Assembly: GCA_963826155.1 (NCBI GenBank)
Contig: CAWGVX010000002.1
Location: 455,814-519,813, forward strand
DNA from: an uncultured Actinomycetota bacterium
Lineage (GTDB): Bacteria > Actinomycetota > Actinomycetes > Propionibacteriales > Nocardioidaceae
DNA: 64,000 bases
Reading direction: 5' to 3'
Under the pieces are notes generated by a model that did no database searches, had not been told where the DNA came from, and was given only the letters and a program-made list of their open reading frames with translations. The translations under genes and the position numbers were made by a program. Within the stretch, counting starts at the first letter, position 1, and every line of letters begins with the position of its first letter. Shown here in pieces: positions 27,306 through 36,981 of this stretch.

Positions 27306-28748
27306 ATGACCGCGAACCGCGCCGCCGACGTCGTCATCTGCGTCGACTTCGGCTCCACCTTCACCAAGGCCGCGCTCGTCGACCTCGCGCAGGGGCGGAT
27401 CGTCGCCTCGGCCTCGCACCCGACGACGATCCCCGCGGCCGACGGCAGCGGCGACGTGCTGGACGGGTACGACGCCTGCCTGGCGCGGTTGGTCGACAGT
27501 GACCCCCGCGCGGCGTACGCCGAGGTGCTGGCCTGCTCGAGCGCCGGCGGGGGCCTGCGGATCGCGGTCGTCGGCAACGAGGAGCTGGTGACCGCCGAGG
27601 CCGGTCGCCGGGTCGCGCTGTCCAGCGGCGGCAAGGTCGTCGACGTGGTCGCCATGGCGGGTCGTCCGCACGAGCGGGCCCTGGAGGTGCTGGACATGCG
27701 GACGACCCGGCCCGACGTGGTGCTGCTGACCGGCGGCACCGACGGGGGCAACGCCGAGGTGGTCCTGCAGGCCGCGCGCGGGCTGGTCGAGGCGGGCTGG
27801 CGCGGCCCGGTCGTCGTCGCCGGGAACGCCGAGGCGCAGGCCGAGGTCGCGGCGGTGCTGGCCGACGTGCCGCACGTGGTCGCCGACAACGTGGTGCCGC
27901 GCATCGGGGTGCTCGCGCCCGGCTCGGCCCGGGCGGCGATCCGGGAGATGTTCCTGGCCCACGTGATCGGCGGCAAGCACCTCTCCCGGCGGGCCGACCA
28001 GTCGACGGGCGCAGGACACCAGTTCACCGCGATGGTCCGCGGTGCCACCCCCGACGTGGTGCTCACCGGCGTCGAGCTGCTCGCCCGGGGCCTGGACCCC
28101 GAGCGGCCCGGGGTCGGCGACGTGGTCGTCGTCGACGTGGGCGGGGCCACGACCGACGTGCACTCGGTGGTCGAGGTCGACCCCGAGGACGGGTCCGTCG
28201 ACGCCTCGGGGCTGGCCCGCGAGGTGGTCGCGACCACGCCGGTCACCCGCACCGTCGAGGGGGACCTGGGCATGCGCTGGTCCGCGGTGACCACCGTGGC
28301 CGAGGCCGGTCTGGTCGACCTCGAGGAGCCGGCCGCGCGCCGCCAGCGGGACCCGTCGTACCTCCCCGACAGCGACGCAGAGGCGGACGCCGACGAGGCC
28401 ATCGCCCGCGCCGCCGTCGGCCTGGCGCTGCGACGCCACGCGGGCCGGTCCCGGGTCGTGGTCAGCCCCGAGGGCCGGGTCGTGGAGCGCACCGGCAAGG
28501 ACCTGCGCGAGGTCGCGCTGCTGGTCGGCTCCGGCGGGGTGCTGCGCAACGGACGCCCCGGCGTCGCCGACCGGGTGCTGGCCGACAGCATCGGCGCCCA
28601 CCTCGAGGGCGGCTGGCAGCTGCCCGAGCGAGCCCGGGTCGTCGTCGACGTCGACTACGTGCTCGCCGCCGCCGGCCTGCTGGCCGGGCCGCACCCGGAC
28701 GCGGCGTACCGGCTGGTCGTGCGCGTGCTCGACCACGTCGCTGGGTAG
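27306..28748 (+). CDS. Glutamate mutase L (GlmL/MutL)-like ASKHA ATPase
   Basis: VDFGSTFTK, ACSSAGGGLR, LTGGTDGGN, VDVGGATTDVHS, RTVEGDLGMRWSA. Confidence 0.85.
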   Translation: MTANRAADVVICVDFGSTFTKAALVDLAQGRIVASASHPTTIPAADGSGDVLDGYDACLARLVDSDPRAAYAEVLACSSAGGGLRIAVVGNEELVTAEAGRRVALSSGGKVVDVVAMAGRPHERALEVLDMRTTRPDVVLLTGGTDGGNAEVVLQAARGLVEAGWRGPVVVAGNAEAQAEVAAVLADVPHVVADNVVPRIGVLAPGSARAAIREMFLAHVIGGKHLSRRADQSTGAGHQFTAMVRGATPDVVLTGVELLARGLDPERPGVGDVVVVDVGGATTDVHSVVEVDPEDGSVDASGLAREVVATTPVTRTVEGDLGMRWSAVTTVAEAGLVDLEEPAARRQRDPSYLPDSDAEADADEAIARAAVGLALRRHAGRSRVVVSPEGRVVERTGKDLREVALLVGSGGVLRNGRPGVADRVLADSIGAHLEGGWQLPERARVVVDVDYVLAAAGLLAGPHPDAAYRLVVRVLDHVAG

Positions 28749-28757
28749 CCTGACGCG

Positions 28758-30188
28758 GTGAGCAACGAGGCTGGCCGACCGGGGGACGGTGGCGCGGACC
28801 AGGACCCCGGCGCCGGGGCCGACAACGGCACGGGCGGCGGGGCGGCCGGTGGCGCCCCGAGCGGCACCGGCGGCACCGGCGGCACCGGCGGCAGCGCGTC
28901 CGCCGGCGGCCGCCGCCGGCTGCCGATCCCCGGCCTGCGCCCCCGGGTCCAGGACGACGAGGGCATCGCCCAGCGGCTGGCCCACCAGTGGTCGCAGATG
29001 CGCGAGGAGCGCAAGGCCGAGCCGGAGCCGATCACGGCCGGACCCTCGAACTTCACCCGCGCCCAGGTGCCGTGGGGCCTCGACCTCGCCGCCGCCTGGG
29101 GGTGGCGGTTCCTGGTCATCGTCGCCGCCGGGTACGTCGTGTTCTGGGCGGTCGGGTTCTTCGCCGTCGTGGTGCTGCCGATCGTGGTGGCACTCCTGAT
29201 CACCGCGCTGGTGAGCCCGGTCGTCGCCGGCATGAACCGGATCGGGCTGCCGCGCGGGTTCGCGTCGTTCCTGGTCGTGCTCGCCAGCCTCGCCTTCGTC
29301 GCGGCCCTGCTGACCTTCGCCGGGCAGCAGGTCGCCAACGGCGCCAACGACCTCGCCGACCAGACCGTCCAGGGCCTCGACGAGGTCAAGAGGTGGCTGA
29401 AGACCGGGCCGCTGCACGCCAGCGACAGCCAGATCCAGCACTACATCAGCAAGGCCCAGGAGGCGATCACCCCCTCGCCGGACAAGTCGATCCTGTCCCG
29501 GGTCACCGAGGTCGGCACGGCGGTCGGGCACGTGGTCGCGGGGCTGTTCATCGTGCTGTTCTCGACGTACTTCTTCCTCGCCGACGGCGAGCGGATCTGG
29601 GCCTGGGTGGTGCGGCTCTCCCCGCGCGCGGGCCGGCGCCACGTCGACAGCTCCGGGCGGGTCGCCTGGGTCTCGCTGACCCAGTTCGTGCGGGCCACGG
29701 TGATCGTGGCCGCCACCGACGCCATCGGCATCATGATCGTGGCCACGATCCTGGGCGTGCCGTTCGTGCTGGCGATCGGCGTGCTGGTCTTCCTCGGGGC
29801 GTTCGTCCCGATGGTGGGCGCCACGGTGGCCGGCACGATCGCGGTGCTGGTCGCGCTGGTCGACCAGGGACCGATCGCGGCGCTGTTCATGCTCGGCGGG
29901 GTGATCCTCGTCCAGCAGATCGAGGGCCACGTGCTGCAGCCGTTCCTCATGGGCCGGTGGGTCTCGCTGCACCCGCTCGGCGTGATCGTCGCGATCGGGT
30001 GCGGGGTGCTGGTCGCCGGCATCCCGGGCGCCCTGGTGGCGGTCCCGTTCGCGGCCGCGGTCAACGCGGTGGTGCAGCACCTGGCCAACTACACCGATCC
30101 GGGGGACGCCGCCGAGGACGGGCTGGCGCAGGACTATCGACAGATGGGCGAACGAGCCCCGGGCAAGGAGACGCTGGAGCATGAGTGA
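28758..30188 (+). CDS. AI-2E family transporter
   Basis: YFFLADGERIW, FLGAFVPMVGA, QQIEGHVLQPFLMG...LHPL. Confidence 0.9.
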   Translation: MSNEAGRPGDGGADQDPGAGADNGTGGGAAGGAPSGTGGTGGTGGSASAGGRRRLPIPGLRPRVQDDEGIAQRLAHQWSQMREERKAEPEPITAGPSNFTRAQVPWGLDLAAAWGWRFLVIVAAGYVVFWAVGFFAVVVLPIVVALLITALVSPVVAGMNRIGLPRGFASFLVVLASLAFVAALLTFAGQQVANGANDLADQTVQGLDEVKRWLKTGPLHASDSQIQHYISKAQEAITPSPDKSILSRVTEVGTAVGHVVAGLFIVLFSTYFFLADGERIWAWVVRLSPRAGRRHVDSSGRVAWVSLTQFVRATVIVAATDAIGIMIVATILGVPFVLAIGVLVFLGAFVPMVGATVAGTIAVLVALVDQGPIAALFMLGGVILVQQIEGHVLQPFLMGRWVSLHPLGVIVAIGCGVLVAGIPGALVAVPFAAAVNAVVQHLANYTDPGDAAEDGLAQDYRQMGERAPGKETLEHE

Positions 30189-31395
30189 GGTCGCCACGGT
30201 GACGCTGGCCGACATCGAGGCGGCCCGGGAGGTGCTGCGCGGGGTCGCCGTCGACACCCCGATGGAGGAGTCGCGCTGGCTCTCGGCGTACGCCGGGGGT
30301 CCGGTGCGGCTGAAGTGCGAGAACCTGCAGCGCACCGGCTCGTTCAAGGCCCGGGGCGCCTACGTGCGGATCTCGCGGCTCTCCGCGGAGGAGCGCGCGC
30401 ACGGGGTCGTGGCCGCCTCGGCCGGCAACCACGCCCAGGGCGTCGCGCTGGCCGCCCAGCTGCTCGGCATCAAGTCGACGGTGTTCATGCCCGAGGGCGC
30501 GCCGATCCCGAAGGAGAACGCCACCCGGGGGTACGGCGCCGACGTGGTCTTCCACGGCCGCTACCTCGAGAACGCCCTGGAGGCGGCCGAGAAGTTCGCC
30601 GCCGAGACCGGTGCGGTGCTCATCCACCCCTTCGACCACGTCGACATCGTGGCCGGGCAGGGCACCGTGGGGCTGGAGATCCTCGAGCAGGCGCCCGAGG
30701 TGGAGACCGTCGTGGTGCCCACCGGGGGCGGGGGGCTGCTCGCCGGCATCGCGATCGCGGTCAAGGCCGTGCGGCCCGACGTCCGCGTGATCGGCGTGCA
30801 GGCGGCCGGCGCCGCGGCGTACCCCGACTCGCTGGCCCAGGGGCGTCCGGTGCCGCTGGAGGCGATGCGGACGATGGCCGACGGGATCGCGGTGGGCCGG
30901 CCCGGCGACATCACGTTCGCGGCGGTGCGCGACCACGTCGACGAGGTCGTCACGGTCTCGGAGGACTCGCTGTCGCGGGCGCTGCTGGCCCTGGTGGAGC
31001 GGGCCAAGATGATCGTGGAGCCGGCCGGCGCCGCGGCGGTCGCCGCGATCCTGGACCGGCCCGCGGAGTTCCGTACGCCGACCGTGGCGCTGCTCTCCGG
31101 CGGCAACATCGACCCGCTGCTGCTGGGCAAGGTGATCCGGCACGGCATGGCCGCCGCCGGCCGCTACCTGACCCTGCGGGTGTGCATCCCCGACCTGCCC
31201 GGTGAGCTGGCCACCCTGCTCGGCGAGGTCAGCGCCGAGGGCGCGAACGTCCTCGAGATCATGCACGAGCGCAACTCGGCGTCCCTGCACCTCGGCGAGG
31301 TGGAGGTGCACCTCCAGCTCGAGACCCGGGGCGAGCCGCACGCCGAGGCCGTCGCGGCCCGCCTGCGCGACCGCGGCTACCGCGTCTTCGCCTGA
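30181..31395 (+). CDS. ilvA: Threonine ammonia-lyase with C-terminal ACT domain
   Basis: LKCENLQRTGSFKARG, ASAGNHAQG, TGGGGL, EPAGA, SGGNID. Confidence 0.92.
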   Translation: MSEVATVTLADIEAAREVLRGVAVDTPMEESRWLSAYAGGPVRLKCENLQRTGSFKARGAYVRISRLSAEERAHGVVAASAGNHAQGVALAAQLLGIKSTVFMPEGAPIPKENATRGYGADVVFHGRYLENALEAAEKFAAETGAVLIHPFDHVDIVAGQGTVGLEILEQAPEVETVVVPTGGGGLLAGIAIAVKAVRPDVRVIGVQAAGAAAYPDSLAQGRPVPLEAMRTMADGIAVGRPGDITFAAVRDHVDEVVTVSEDSLSRALLALVERAKMIVEPAGAAAVAAILDRPAEFRTPTVALLSGGNIDPLLLGKVIRHGMAAAGRYLTLRVCIPDLPGELATLLGEVSAEGANVLEIMHERNSASLHLGEVEVHLQLETRGEPHAEAVAARLRDRGYRVFA

Positions 31396-31414
31396 CCCCC
31401 ACGGACGCCGACAC

Positions 31415-31520
31415 GGCACTTGCGTGCACTCTCAGCAGCGCGAGAGGGCATTCCGGGGCAGTCTCAACGCGACGACCGGGCACTTCGTGCAGCAGAAGTG
31501 CCCGGTCGCGCGGTTGGGAG
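31415..31520. repeat. Intergenic palindromic element (GGCACTT...AAGTGCC family)
   Basis: 13-bp stem 31474-31486/31495-31507; shares GGCACTTGC and GCGAGAGGGCA with the inverted copy at 63170-63270. Confidence 0.65.
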
Positions 31521-31552
31521 TGCCGGGGATCGCCCGGTCGCGCTGAGGTGGG

Positions 31553-32062
31553 TCAGCCGGTGTAGGGCTTGGCGTCGAGGATGACGACCTCGAGCATCTT
31601 GCCGGTGGGGGCCTCGTAGGAGACGGTGTCGCCGACCTTGGCGCCGATGATGGCCGCGCCGAGCGGCGACTGCGGGGAGTAGACCTTGGTCCCCGCCACC
31701 GAGTCCTCGATCTCGCGGGCGCCGAGCAGGAAGGTCTCGGCCTCGTCGTCGTCGTCGCCGACGAACTTGTAGGTGACCTTCATGCCGGGCTCGACGATGC
31801 CGTCGTCGGCCGGGGTCTCGCCGACCTCGGCGCGCTCCAGCATGTCCTCGAGCTGGCGGATGCGGCCCTCGACCTTGCCCTGCTCCTCGCGGGCCGCGTG
31901 GTAGCCGCCGTTCTCCTTCAGGTCGCCCTCGTCACGAGCGGCGCTGATGCGGGCGATGACCTCCTGGCGGACCGGGCCCTTGAGGTCCTCCAGCTCCGCC
32001 TTGAGCTTGTCGTAGGCGTCCTGGGTCAGCCAGATCGTGCCCTGCTCGGTGGACTGCGTCAT
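31553..32062 (-). CDS. greA: Transcription elongation factor GreA
   Basis: AARDEGDLKENGGYHAAREEQ, YSPQSPLGAAIIG. Confidence 0.97.
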   Translation of the reverse strand: MTQSTEQGTIWLTQDAYDKLKAELEDLKGPVRQEVIARISAARDEGDLKENGGYHAAREEQGKVEGRIRQLEDMLERAEVGETPADDGIVEPGMKVTYKFVGDDDDEAETFLLGAREIEDSVAGTKVYSPQSPLGAAIIGAKVGDTVSYEAPTGKMLEVVILDAKPYTG

Positions 32063-32315
32063 GGGTACTCCTGGGAATACTCGTGGGCCGGCGGTACCAG
32101 CCGCCGGATGATCGGTGGTTGTCCCGTGACGGGCGACCTGCGGTCTGCCTCGAGCAAGCGGGCCCGTGGCTGGACCCGGCGGCGGGACAGTCAGAACGTT
32201 CAGTCTAACAATCCGCTGGTCGCGGCGCAGGTCGACGCGTGGTCGTGGTCACGCAGCGGTCAGGCAGCGGTCAACCAGGCGTCACGCACGGGGCAGGAGG
32301 TACGCCGGGGAGCGG

Positions 32316-32723
32316 TCACTGCGGCCGGGGCTGGCCGGGGGCGGTGCACCCGACCAGCTCGATCGACGTCGCGCGGCGCTCGGTCCGCACCCGCTCGACC
32401 AGCGGCTGCGGGTCGGCGTACCGGGGGACGAACGAGAGCTCGCCGACCACCGCGTGGTCGGCGGCGTAGGCGCGCAGCAGGCACCGGGCGCGGACGTCGG
32501 TGTCGTGCAGGTGCACCGACACCTTGGCGGTCGCGGCGTGCTCACCCTCGACCGACCAGCCGACCAGGTCGGAGTCGACCCGGGGGTCGGCGTGCGCCCA
32601 CGCGGCCCAGGCCAGCCAGCCGAGGAACGCCAGCGCCACGACCACGCTCGCCGCGATCGTCACCCGGCGGCGCCACGGCGCGGGCGCGCCGTACCGCTCG
32701 GTGAGCGCGTCGGAGGTGGTCAC
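32316..32723 (-). CDS. DUF4307-like membrane-anchored protein
   Basis: LTERYG, single TM segment, [30 protein letters not shown]; typical position between greA and mca. Confidence 0.8.
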   Translation of the reverse strand: MTTSDALTERYGAPAPWRRRVTIAASVVVALAFLGWLAWAAWAHADPRVDSDLVGWSVEGEHAATAKVSVHLHDTDVRARCLLRAYAADHAVVGELSFVPRYADPQPLVERVRTERRATSIELVGCTAPGQPRPQ

Positions 32724-32785
32724 CCCCACATGCTCGCACCCGGACGGGTGCACCCGCCCGCGGGGCCGCGGCGCCGCGACCTACG

Positions 32786-33691
32786 ATGAGACCCATGTCG
32801 CACGCCCTCTGCAGCGGCCCTCGCGCCGGCCTGCGCCTCATGCACGTCCACGCCCACCCCGACGACGAGTCGAGCAAGGGTGCGGCGACGACGGCGCGCT
32901 ACGTCGACGAGGGCGTCGACGTGCACGTGGTGACGTGCACCGGCGGCGAGCGCGGCTCGATCCTGAACCCCAAGATGGACCGCCCGGACGTGCTGGAGAA
33001 CATCAGCGAGATCCGGCGCCAGGAGATGGAGCGGGCCCGCGACATCCTGGGCGTGCGCCAGGACTGGCTCGGCTTCGTCGACTCCGGCTGGCCGGAGGGC
33101 GACCCGAAGCCGCCGCTGCCCGAGGGCTGCTTCGCGCTGGTGCCGGTCGAGGAGGCGGCCGCGCCGCTGGTGCGGCTGATCCGCGAGTTCCGGCCGCACG
33201 TCGTCACGACGTACGACGAGAAGGGCGGCTACCCGCACCCCGACCACATCATGTGCCACAAGGTCGCGGTGGCGGCGTTCGAGGCGGCCGGTGATCCCGA
33301 GCGCTACCCGGAGGCCGGCGAGCCGTGGCAGCCGCTGAAGCTCTACTACCAGCACTCCTTCAACCGTCCGCGGATGCAGGCGCTGCACGACGCGATGCTC
33401 GCGCACGGGCTGGAGTCCCCCTGGGAGGAGCGGCTCAAGGAGTGGAAGCCCGACCCGGAGTGGGACGCGCGGATCACCACCCGGGTGCCGTGCGGCGACT
33501 ACTTCGGCGTGCGCGACCAGGCGCTGCTCGCCCACGCCACCCAGATCGACCCCGACGGCCACTGGTTCGCCATCCCGCGCGAGCTGCAGGAGAAGACCTG
33601 GCCGACCGAGGACTACGAGCTGGTCGTGAGCCACGTCCCCACCCAGACCCCGGAGGACGACCTGTTCGCCGGCGTCCCCACCCACGCCTGA
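32786..33691 (+). CDS. mca: Mycothiol conjugate amidase
   Basis: [42 protein letters not shown]. Confidence 0.95.
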   Translation: MRPMSHALCSGPRAGLRLMHVHAHPDDESSKGAATTARYVDEGVDVHVVTCTGGERGSILNPKMDRPDVLENISEIRRQEMERARDILGVRQDWLGFVDSGWPEGDPKPPLPEGCFALVPVEEAAAPLVRLIREFRPHVVTTYDEKGGYPHPDHIMCHKVAVAAFEAAGDPERYPEAGEPWQPLKLYYQHSFNRPRMQALHDAMLAHGLESPWEERLKEWKPDPEWDARITTRVPCGDYFGVRDQALLAHATQIDPDGHWFAIPRELQEKTWPTEDYELVVSHVPTQTPEDDLFAGVPTHA

Positions 33692-33703
33692 GAGACTGGA
33701 CCC

Positions 33704-34027
33704 ATGTTCCTCACGACCGTCACGGACCTGGCGCAGCCCGTCTGGGCCCTCGTGCTTCCGCTCACCGACGAGTCGCCGAAGCCGGAGGACGTCAAGGCCG
33801 GATGGACCGCCTTCGCGATCTTCATCCTGCTCGGCCTCGCCGTGGTGCTGCTCGCGGTCAGCCTGGTCAAGCAGCTGAAGAAGGCGCAGGCGGCCAAGGA
33901 CGCCGGGGTGTACGGCGACGACCCGGCCGAGCCGGGGGCTCCTGGCGGTCCTGGCGCGCCCGGTGCGTCGGCGGGCCCGACGGGCCCGGCGGAGAAGCCG
34001 GCCAACCACGACCAGCCGTCGTCCTGA
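33704..34027 (+). CDS. Small membrane protein downstream of mca
   Basis: One TM segment (GWTAFAIFILLGLAVVLL...SLVKQLKK). Confidence 0.7.
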   Translation: MFLTTVTDLAQPVWALVLPLTDESPKPEDVKAGWTAFAIFILLGLAVVLLAVSLVKQLKKAQAAKDAGVYGDDPAEPGAPGGPGAPGASAGPTGPAEKPANHDQPSS

Positions 34028-34073
34028 GCTGACCCAGCCAGGGCGGCCCGGCCGGTGAAACCTGCAGCCGCCC

Positions 34074-34691
34074 TCAGCCCCGCCGCACCACCCGCACCAG
34101 GCAGTCCCACGCGGTGCGGGCCGGCTCCTCGCCGTGCCCGTCCTCGACGGTCCGGGCGACCCGGCCGGCGCGCACGACCTCGAACGACCGGTCACCGAGG
34201 TCTGCGAGCACGTCCTCGGCGGTCATGAGCACCGCCGGGTCCTGCGGGCCGCCGGTGCCCTCGGCGAGGTTGGTGGAGTCGTGGGCCACCAGCAGGAAGG
34301 TGCCGCCCGGGCGCAGCGCGTCGAAGGCCCGGCGTACGGCGGCCCGGCGCTGCCCGGCGGGCAGCTGCAGGTAGGCGACGACCGCCACGTCGTACTCCCC
34401 GTCGGCCCGCCAGGAGGTCGCGTCGGCGCACTCCCAGCGCACCGCGCCCGACAGCCGCTGCTCGGAGGCGAGCCGCCGGCCCTTGTCCAGCGCCACCTGC
34501 GAGAAGTCCACGGCGGTGACGTCCCAGCCGCGGCCGGCCAGCCAGATCGCGTTGCGGCCCTCGCCGGCCGCGAGGTCGACCGCCCGACCGGCGGGCAGCG
34601 CGGTCAGCTCCTCCTCGACGAACCGGTTCGGCGTGACCGACCACACCAGCTCGGCGGCGGCGTACCTGTCGTCCCAGTCATGCGCGTCCAC
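34074..34691 (-). CDS. Class I SAM-dependent methyltransferase
   Basis: WDDRY...PNRFV, DLAAGEGRNAIWLA, VDFS. Confidence 0.88.
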   Translation of the reverse strand: MDAHDWDDRYAAAELVWSVTPNRFVEEELTALPAGRAVDLAAGEGRNAIWLAGRGWDVTAVDFSQVALDKGRRLASEQRLSGAVRWECADATSWRADGEYDVAVVAYLQLPAGQRRAAVRRAFDALRPGGTFLLVAHDSTNLAEGTGGPQDPAVLMTAEDVLADLGDRSFEVVRAGRVARTVEDGHGEEPARTAWDCLVRVVRRG

Positions 34692-34810
34692 GCCGCCACG
34701 CTACCGCCGGCCCCCGCAGCCCCACCGGAGACGACAGTCCCGCCCGCCGGCACCCCGCGCCCCGGCCCACCCGGCCCACCGCCCGGTAACGATCCTTCGT
34801 CCCGGCGCCC

Positions 34811-34824
34811 GGGACCTAGGGCCC
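34811..34824. promoter_or_regulatory. DosR/DevR-like box upstream of the Acg nitroreductase
   Basis: GGGAC-CTAG-GGCCC resembles GGGAC-N4-GTCCC, about 75 bp upstream of the start. Confidence 0.4.
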
Positions 34825-34896
34825 TGCTCGGGGTCGACGCCGCCCGGGAGGCTGGCGGAGGCATCAGCAGGGAAACACCAGCGAGAAGGGCGAGCG

Positions 34897-35931
34897 ATGA
34901 GCGAGACCACCACGGCCCGGGGGCCAGCAGCCGAGTCGAGGCCTGCTCCGTCCCCGGCGTCGACGCGTGAGCTGGTGGAGCTCGCCTGCCGTGCACCGAG
35001 CCTCCACAACACCCAGCCCTGGCGGTGGCGGGCGGACGGCGCGCGACTGCGGCTGTACGCCGACCGCGGCCGCCAGCTCCGGCACTCGGACCCCTCCGGC
35101 CGCGCGCTGGTCATCAGCTGCGGGGCGGCGCTGCACCATGCGCAGGTGGCGGCGGAGGCGCTGGGCTGGGAGGTCGTCGTACGCCGCTGCCCGGACCCCG
35201 CCGACCCGGACCTGCTGGCCACGCTCGACCTGGTCCCGGGGCGTGTTGTCCCCGCGGCCCAGGAGCGGCTCGAGTCGCTGCGGGCCCGCAGCACCGACCG
35301 CCGCCGGTTCACCTCGTGGCCGCTCCCGGCCGAACGACTGGACCGGCTCGCCGAGCGGGCTGCGGCCTGGGGGGCGACGGTCGTCCCCGTGGTGGATCCG
35401 GGTCGGCAGGTGGTCCTCGAGGCGCTGATGCGGCGCGCCGACGCGATCGAGCGCGGGGACCCCGGGTACGCCGCCGAGGTGGCGCCGTGGGTGGGGTCCC
35501 GCGGCCCCGACGGGGTGCCCGTCACGAGCATCCCGGAGGTCAACCCGCACCGACCGGCGATGCCCTCGCGCTACCGGCCCGGCGACGCCGTGGACCGGCG
35601 GGGCGACCTCGCGGACCCGCAGGGCGAGACCGACGAGTTCGTCGAGGGGCTGATGGTGCTGTGCACGCTCGACGACGACCCGCTGGCCTGGCTGCGCTGC
35701 GGGGAGACGCTCAGCGCGCTGTGGCTCGGCACCCTCGGGCAGGGGCTGTCCCTGCTGCCGCTGAGCCAGGTCACCGAGGTGCCCGCCACCCGCGAGGAGC
35801 TGCGCACCGAGGTGCTCGGCGGCCGGCTCTGGCCGCAGCTCACGGTGCGGGTCGGGTGGCAGGAGATCACCCGCGGCGAGCTGCCGCGCACGCCGCGGCG
35901 CCCGGTCGAGGAGGTGCTCCGGTTCGACTAG
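34897..35931 (+). CDS. Acg family FMN-binding nitroreductase-like protein
   Basis: ACRAPSLHNTQPWRW, LVISCGAALHHA, RSTDRRRF, WPQLTVRVGW. Confidence 0.9.
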   Translation: MSETTTARGPAAESRPAPSPASTRELVELACRAPSLHNTQPWRWRADGARLRLYADRGRQLRHSDPSGRALVISCGAALHHAQVAAEALGWEVVVRRCPDPADPDLLATLDLVPGRVVPAAQERLESLRARSTDRRRFTSWPLPAERLDRLAERAAAWGATVVPVVDPGRQVVLEALMRRADAIERGDPGYAAEVAPWVGSRGPDGVPVTSIPEVNPHRPAMPSRYRPGDAVDRRGDLADPQGETDEFVEGLMVLCTLDDDPLAWLRCGETLSALWLGTLGQGLSLLPLSQVTEVPATREELRTEVLGGRLWPQLTVRVGWQEITRGELPRTPRRPVEEVLRFD

Positions 35932-35953
35932 TGCCCGACGGGGGAGGCGCCGG

Positions 35954-36934
35954 TCAGTAGCCCTCCACCACGCGGCCGTGCGGTCGGCCCGGGTCGTCGA
36001 CGGCCGGGGAGTCCTGCCCGGCGCGCAGCGCCTCGAGCTGCGCACACACCGCGACCCCGTAGAAGAACGAGATCGAGCAGAGCAGCGACCACATCAGCAG
36101 CGCGACGATGCCGGCGAGGGGGCCGTAGGTGCTGCCGAACGACGAGCTGATCTTGACGTACGCCGCGAGCCCGCCGGTGGCCGCCAGCGTGAGCACCACC
36201 GCGATCGCGGCGCCGAGCGCCAGCCAGGACAGGGCCGGCTGCCGGCGCCGGGGGGCGTGGTCGAGCAGGACCGCGATCGCGAAGACCAGCATCACCACCG
36301 CGACCGGCCACCGGGCGACCTGCCAGGCGGTGACCATGGTGGGCGACCAGCCGTACCACTTGTGCATCGCCTGGCCGAAGGGGCCGCCGGCCACCAGCAT
36401 CAGGAAGCCGACGCCGACCGGCCCGGCCAGGACCGCGGTGAGCACCGCGGACCGGCCGTACTTCTGCAGGCCCGGCCGGTCGCGTCGGATGCCGTAGATC
36501 CGGTTGCTGCCGCGCTCGACCTGGGCCATCGCGGTGGTCATGGAGACCAGCGAGAACGCCAGCCCGAGCACCAGCGCCAGCTCGCCCGTGTGGGACCCGC
36601 CGTGGCCGCTGTCCACCGCCTTGGCCAGCGCGTCGGTGCCGCCCTGGCCGGGGGAGACGTGCTCGATGGTCGCCGCGACCACCCGGCTCGGCCGCTCCGC
36701 GTCCAGGTCGGTGGCCAGCCCGGTCAGCGCGAGCAGGAACGGCAGCAGCGCCAGGCAGGTCTGCAGCGCCAGGGCGCGGCTGTTGGTGAAGCCGTCGCCG
36801 TAGCGGAACCGCACGAACGCCCCCACCAGGACCCGGCGTACGCCGGCCCGCCGGACCAGGTGCCAGGCGTCCTCCATGTCCAGCTCGTCGCCGTCCATCT
36901 CGATGGTCACGGGGACGAGGCGCGCGGTGGTCAT
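35954..36934 (-). CDS. YihY/BrkB family membrane protein
   Basis: RFRYGDGFTNSRALA, TYGPLAGIVALLMW. Confidence 0.85.
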   Translation of the reverse strand: MTTARLVPVTIEMDGDELDMEDAWHLVRRAGVRRVLVGAFVRFRYGDGFTNSRALALQTCLALLPFLLALTGLATDLDAERPSRVVAATIEHVSPGQGGTDALAKAVDSGHGGSHTGELALVLGLAFSLVSMTTAMAQVERGSNRIYGIRRDRPGLQKYGRSAVLTAVLAGPVGVGFLMLVAGGPFGQAMHKWYGWSPTMVTAWQVARWPVAVVMLVFAIAVLLDHAPRRRQPALSWLALGAAIAVVLTLAATGGLAAYVKISSSFGSTYGPLAGIVALLMWSLLCSISFFYGVAVCAQLEALRAGQDSPAVDDPGRPHGRVVEGY

Positions 36935-36981
36935 GACCGCAGCCTATTTGGCCGCCGGTCGCGGTTCGCCGGCTGCGGCGC

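Noticed and set aside
28840-28910. GGCACCGGC 9-bp tandem repeat
   Set aside because: Simple Gly/Thr low-complexity N-terminal extension of the AI-2E transporter.
26046-30347. 1433-aa minus-strand ORF
   Set aside because: Antisense shadow of metB/glmL/AI-2E caused by GC3 bias; no recognisable domain.
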